A stretch of 61,538 bases of DNA, the filler included, from Choristocarpus tenellus KU-1152 (Eukaryota; Protista; Phaeophyceae), in assembly GCA_964200185.2 (NCBI GenBank). It is 9 parts of 9 records of this genome, joined end to end, with 100 filler letters (N's around TTAATTAATTAA, not from the genome) between each part and the next. Parts side by side here need not be neighbours in the genome. Positions count along the whole stretch, not along the records: positions 58,565 to 61,538 come from CAXNAD020023234.1; 8 more parts are not named here. One strand, 5' to 3'. The position numbers and the translations under genes are program-made. The notes below the pieces were generated by a model that was not told the DNA's origin, did no database searches, and saw only the letters and a list, made by a program, of their open reading frames with translations. Positions 60,118 to 61,538 of this stretch are shown here, in pieces (the stretch's first letter is position 1; each line of letters begins with the position of its first letter).

Positions 60118-60864
60118 TAGGCTCCGTACTGTTGGAAATATCTCGTAGATAGTGTGAACTCTTGGGGCTTGCGAGTCCCGAAGATGAATCAAGAGTTGGT
60201 TGGTATTCTCAGTATCTCTGCTATTATACTCAGAACGGTTCTTCTATTGGTGAGGATAGGATCAATTGCGAAGACAGCTGAGAAAAGAGAAGTGAGCACC
60301 AAAACTGAAAGAGGAGCCTTTTTCTGAACGAAAGATCAGGCGTGCAAGTGCATTCAAGAATCCATAACACTTCAAGTCCAGTTGAAACAGTCATATCAAA
60401 CAATAATGTTGTACGACAATGTATGCAAAACATTGTATAATTATTGTTGTACTTCAACGTCCAGTCAAACAGTCATATAAAACAATACAGAAATGTACAA
60501 CAGTGTAATGCATCGTAGGTAGTATTATTATTGTACTTCAACCTAACTCCTCTAAGTACAAAGTAGTATTGTGCTTGCTCTCTATTAGCCTGAATAATGC
60601 TATAGAACTAGCTCCATGACTTCTCTGTCTTGCCTTGCGCTCTGGACCTTGTAGATGGACTTTCTTGATCTCTTGCACCTTGATTTCTGACACGCTCTAT
60701 GTCATTGTTCAAGAAGCTGGATATTTCGCACCTCGCCATTCTCCCATTTCACCTCATAAGGGTAGCTTACTCATTCCTCTCCCACTGGCTCTGTGTGTCA
60801 GGGTTCGTATTTGGTGACAGTCCCTCGTAATATAGCACTTTCGCTTTATGATGGTTTGAATATA

Positions 60865-61072
60865 TTACCTCTGAGCGTGTTGCTGTCACAGTGCATTTGG
60901 GTGTTAGGGTCCAAGGAGTGCATTCCCTCGGCGGAATTGTGAGAAGTGATCGGGTTGTGGGGCATGGCCGTGCTGTTGCTCTCCCACACGGTTAGGCCAA
61001 GGACATGTGTTTCAGGATGCTGCACATCGAACCATCGCGAGGAGCTGTCTCTTGTCGCGTTGAATATCCTTG
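60865..61072 (-). pseudogene. Third fragment of the Sola2-like transposase (homolog of exon 39035-39259)
   Basis: Translates IFNATRDSSSRWFDVQHPETHVLGLTVWESNSTAMPHNPITSHNSAEGMHSLDP, versus VFDVRRDSSSRQFHVQHPDTYVLGITVWESNSTAMPHDLVTSHDTTQGMHYLDP in copy 2. Same donor position (CTCAGAG|GT). Confidence 0.85.
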
Positions 61073-61076
61073 CCCT

Positions 61077-61196
61077 ACATTTGACCTACTCCGAAACATT
61101 TTGGTGTGGGAAAATGTCATTTAAAAAAGACACGGGAAATCAAGCCCCAAATGGGCAAACAGGGCAAAACTCGTACCCTCTAAGATATTTTCACTT
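61077..61196 (+). mobile_element. MITE family A, 3' half fused to the transposase fragment
   Basis: ...CCTACTCCGAAACATTTTGG...AAAACTCGTACCCTCTAAGATATTTTCACT. Confidence 0.85.
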
Positions 61197-61199
61197 ACA

Positions 61200-61538
61200 T
61201 GCCCTCCTTATGAAAGAGTTACAGCTGATTTAGGCAGCACATTTGCCCTGATTGCGGGCAATCTGGAAGTGGTATGGAGTTTTCAAAACTCAGGAGGTAA
61301 GGAGTTTGGGGAGGCATAGGTAAGCCCCCATAGGTTGGTAAACGGTTCTACCACCTCTTCATGGCTAACATCTATCGTAATGGCCGATCGGATATGACTG
61401 GGGCGCATCCCATTTGGGCCTGGGGTATAGAGTTGCTGTTTGTTCGCACAAAAGCCATCCAGAGGGAGGTGGGAATATGCCCCCCTTCAGGGGGGCAGTA
61501 TTGTTGTTCCCCAGACACTGTGTCCATTGCTATTCTAT
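61200..61538 (-). pseudogene. Possible decayed non-LTR (CRE-like) retrotransposon fragment
   Basis: With one frameshift it reads MAFVRTNSNS/PGPNGMRPSHIRSAI, resembling the pre-RT SAPGPxGxRxxHL motif. Confidence 0.35.

Noticed and set aside
60385-60545. ~80-bp tandem duplication
   Set aside because: Two degenerate AT-rich copies with no further structure; an ordinary local duplication.

Overview
This is eukaryotic, intron-rich genomic DNA, most likely from a photosynthetic stramenopile (brown-algal-like). That call is inferred from an ASAF-type bipartite plastid signal, interstitial TTAGGG repeats and the gene content. The window is nine contigs joined by identical 100-nt artificial spacers (44 N + TTAATTAATTAA + 44 N), so adjacency across spacers is unproven. 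Host genes reconstructed by hand splicing: a complete 9-exon mitochondrial aspartate aminotransferase (930-9478, +), a head-to-head plastid-targeted RG-rich gene fragment (-), the 3' half of a GT8-like glycosyltransferase (-), a thioredoxin/PDI-like 5' fragment, an unknown 3' fragment, an alpha/beta-hydrolase with a full Ser-Asp-His triad (-), a coiled-coil fragment and an LRR gene fragment. The most notable signal is a DNA-transposon system. Three decayed copies of an intron-containing Sola2-like transposase element are present, and one visible terminus (GGGAC-AAAGTATCTTAG) is shared with two abundant MITE families (11 and 6 copies, 3-4 bp TSDs). Two MITE insertions sit inside the master element itself. 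Nearby is a frameshifted ParB/DGQHR-like ORF that shares a repeated TACCGTTCG motif with the transposase upstream region. Also present are a mariner pseudogene, minisatellites, intronic telomeric repeats, two GC-AG introns and a 27-bp-stem hairpin. All family assignments are by motif recognition only; no database searches were run.
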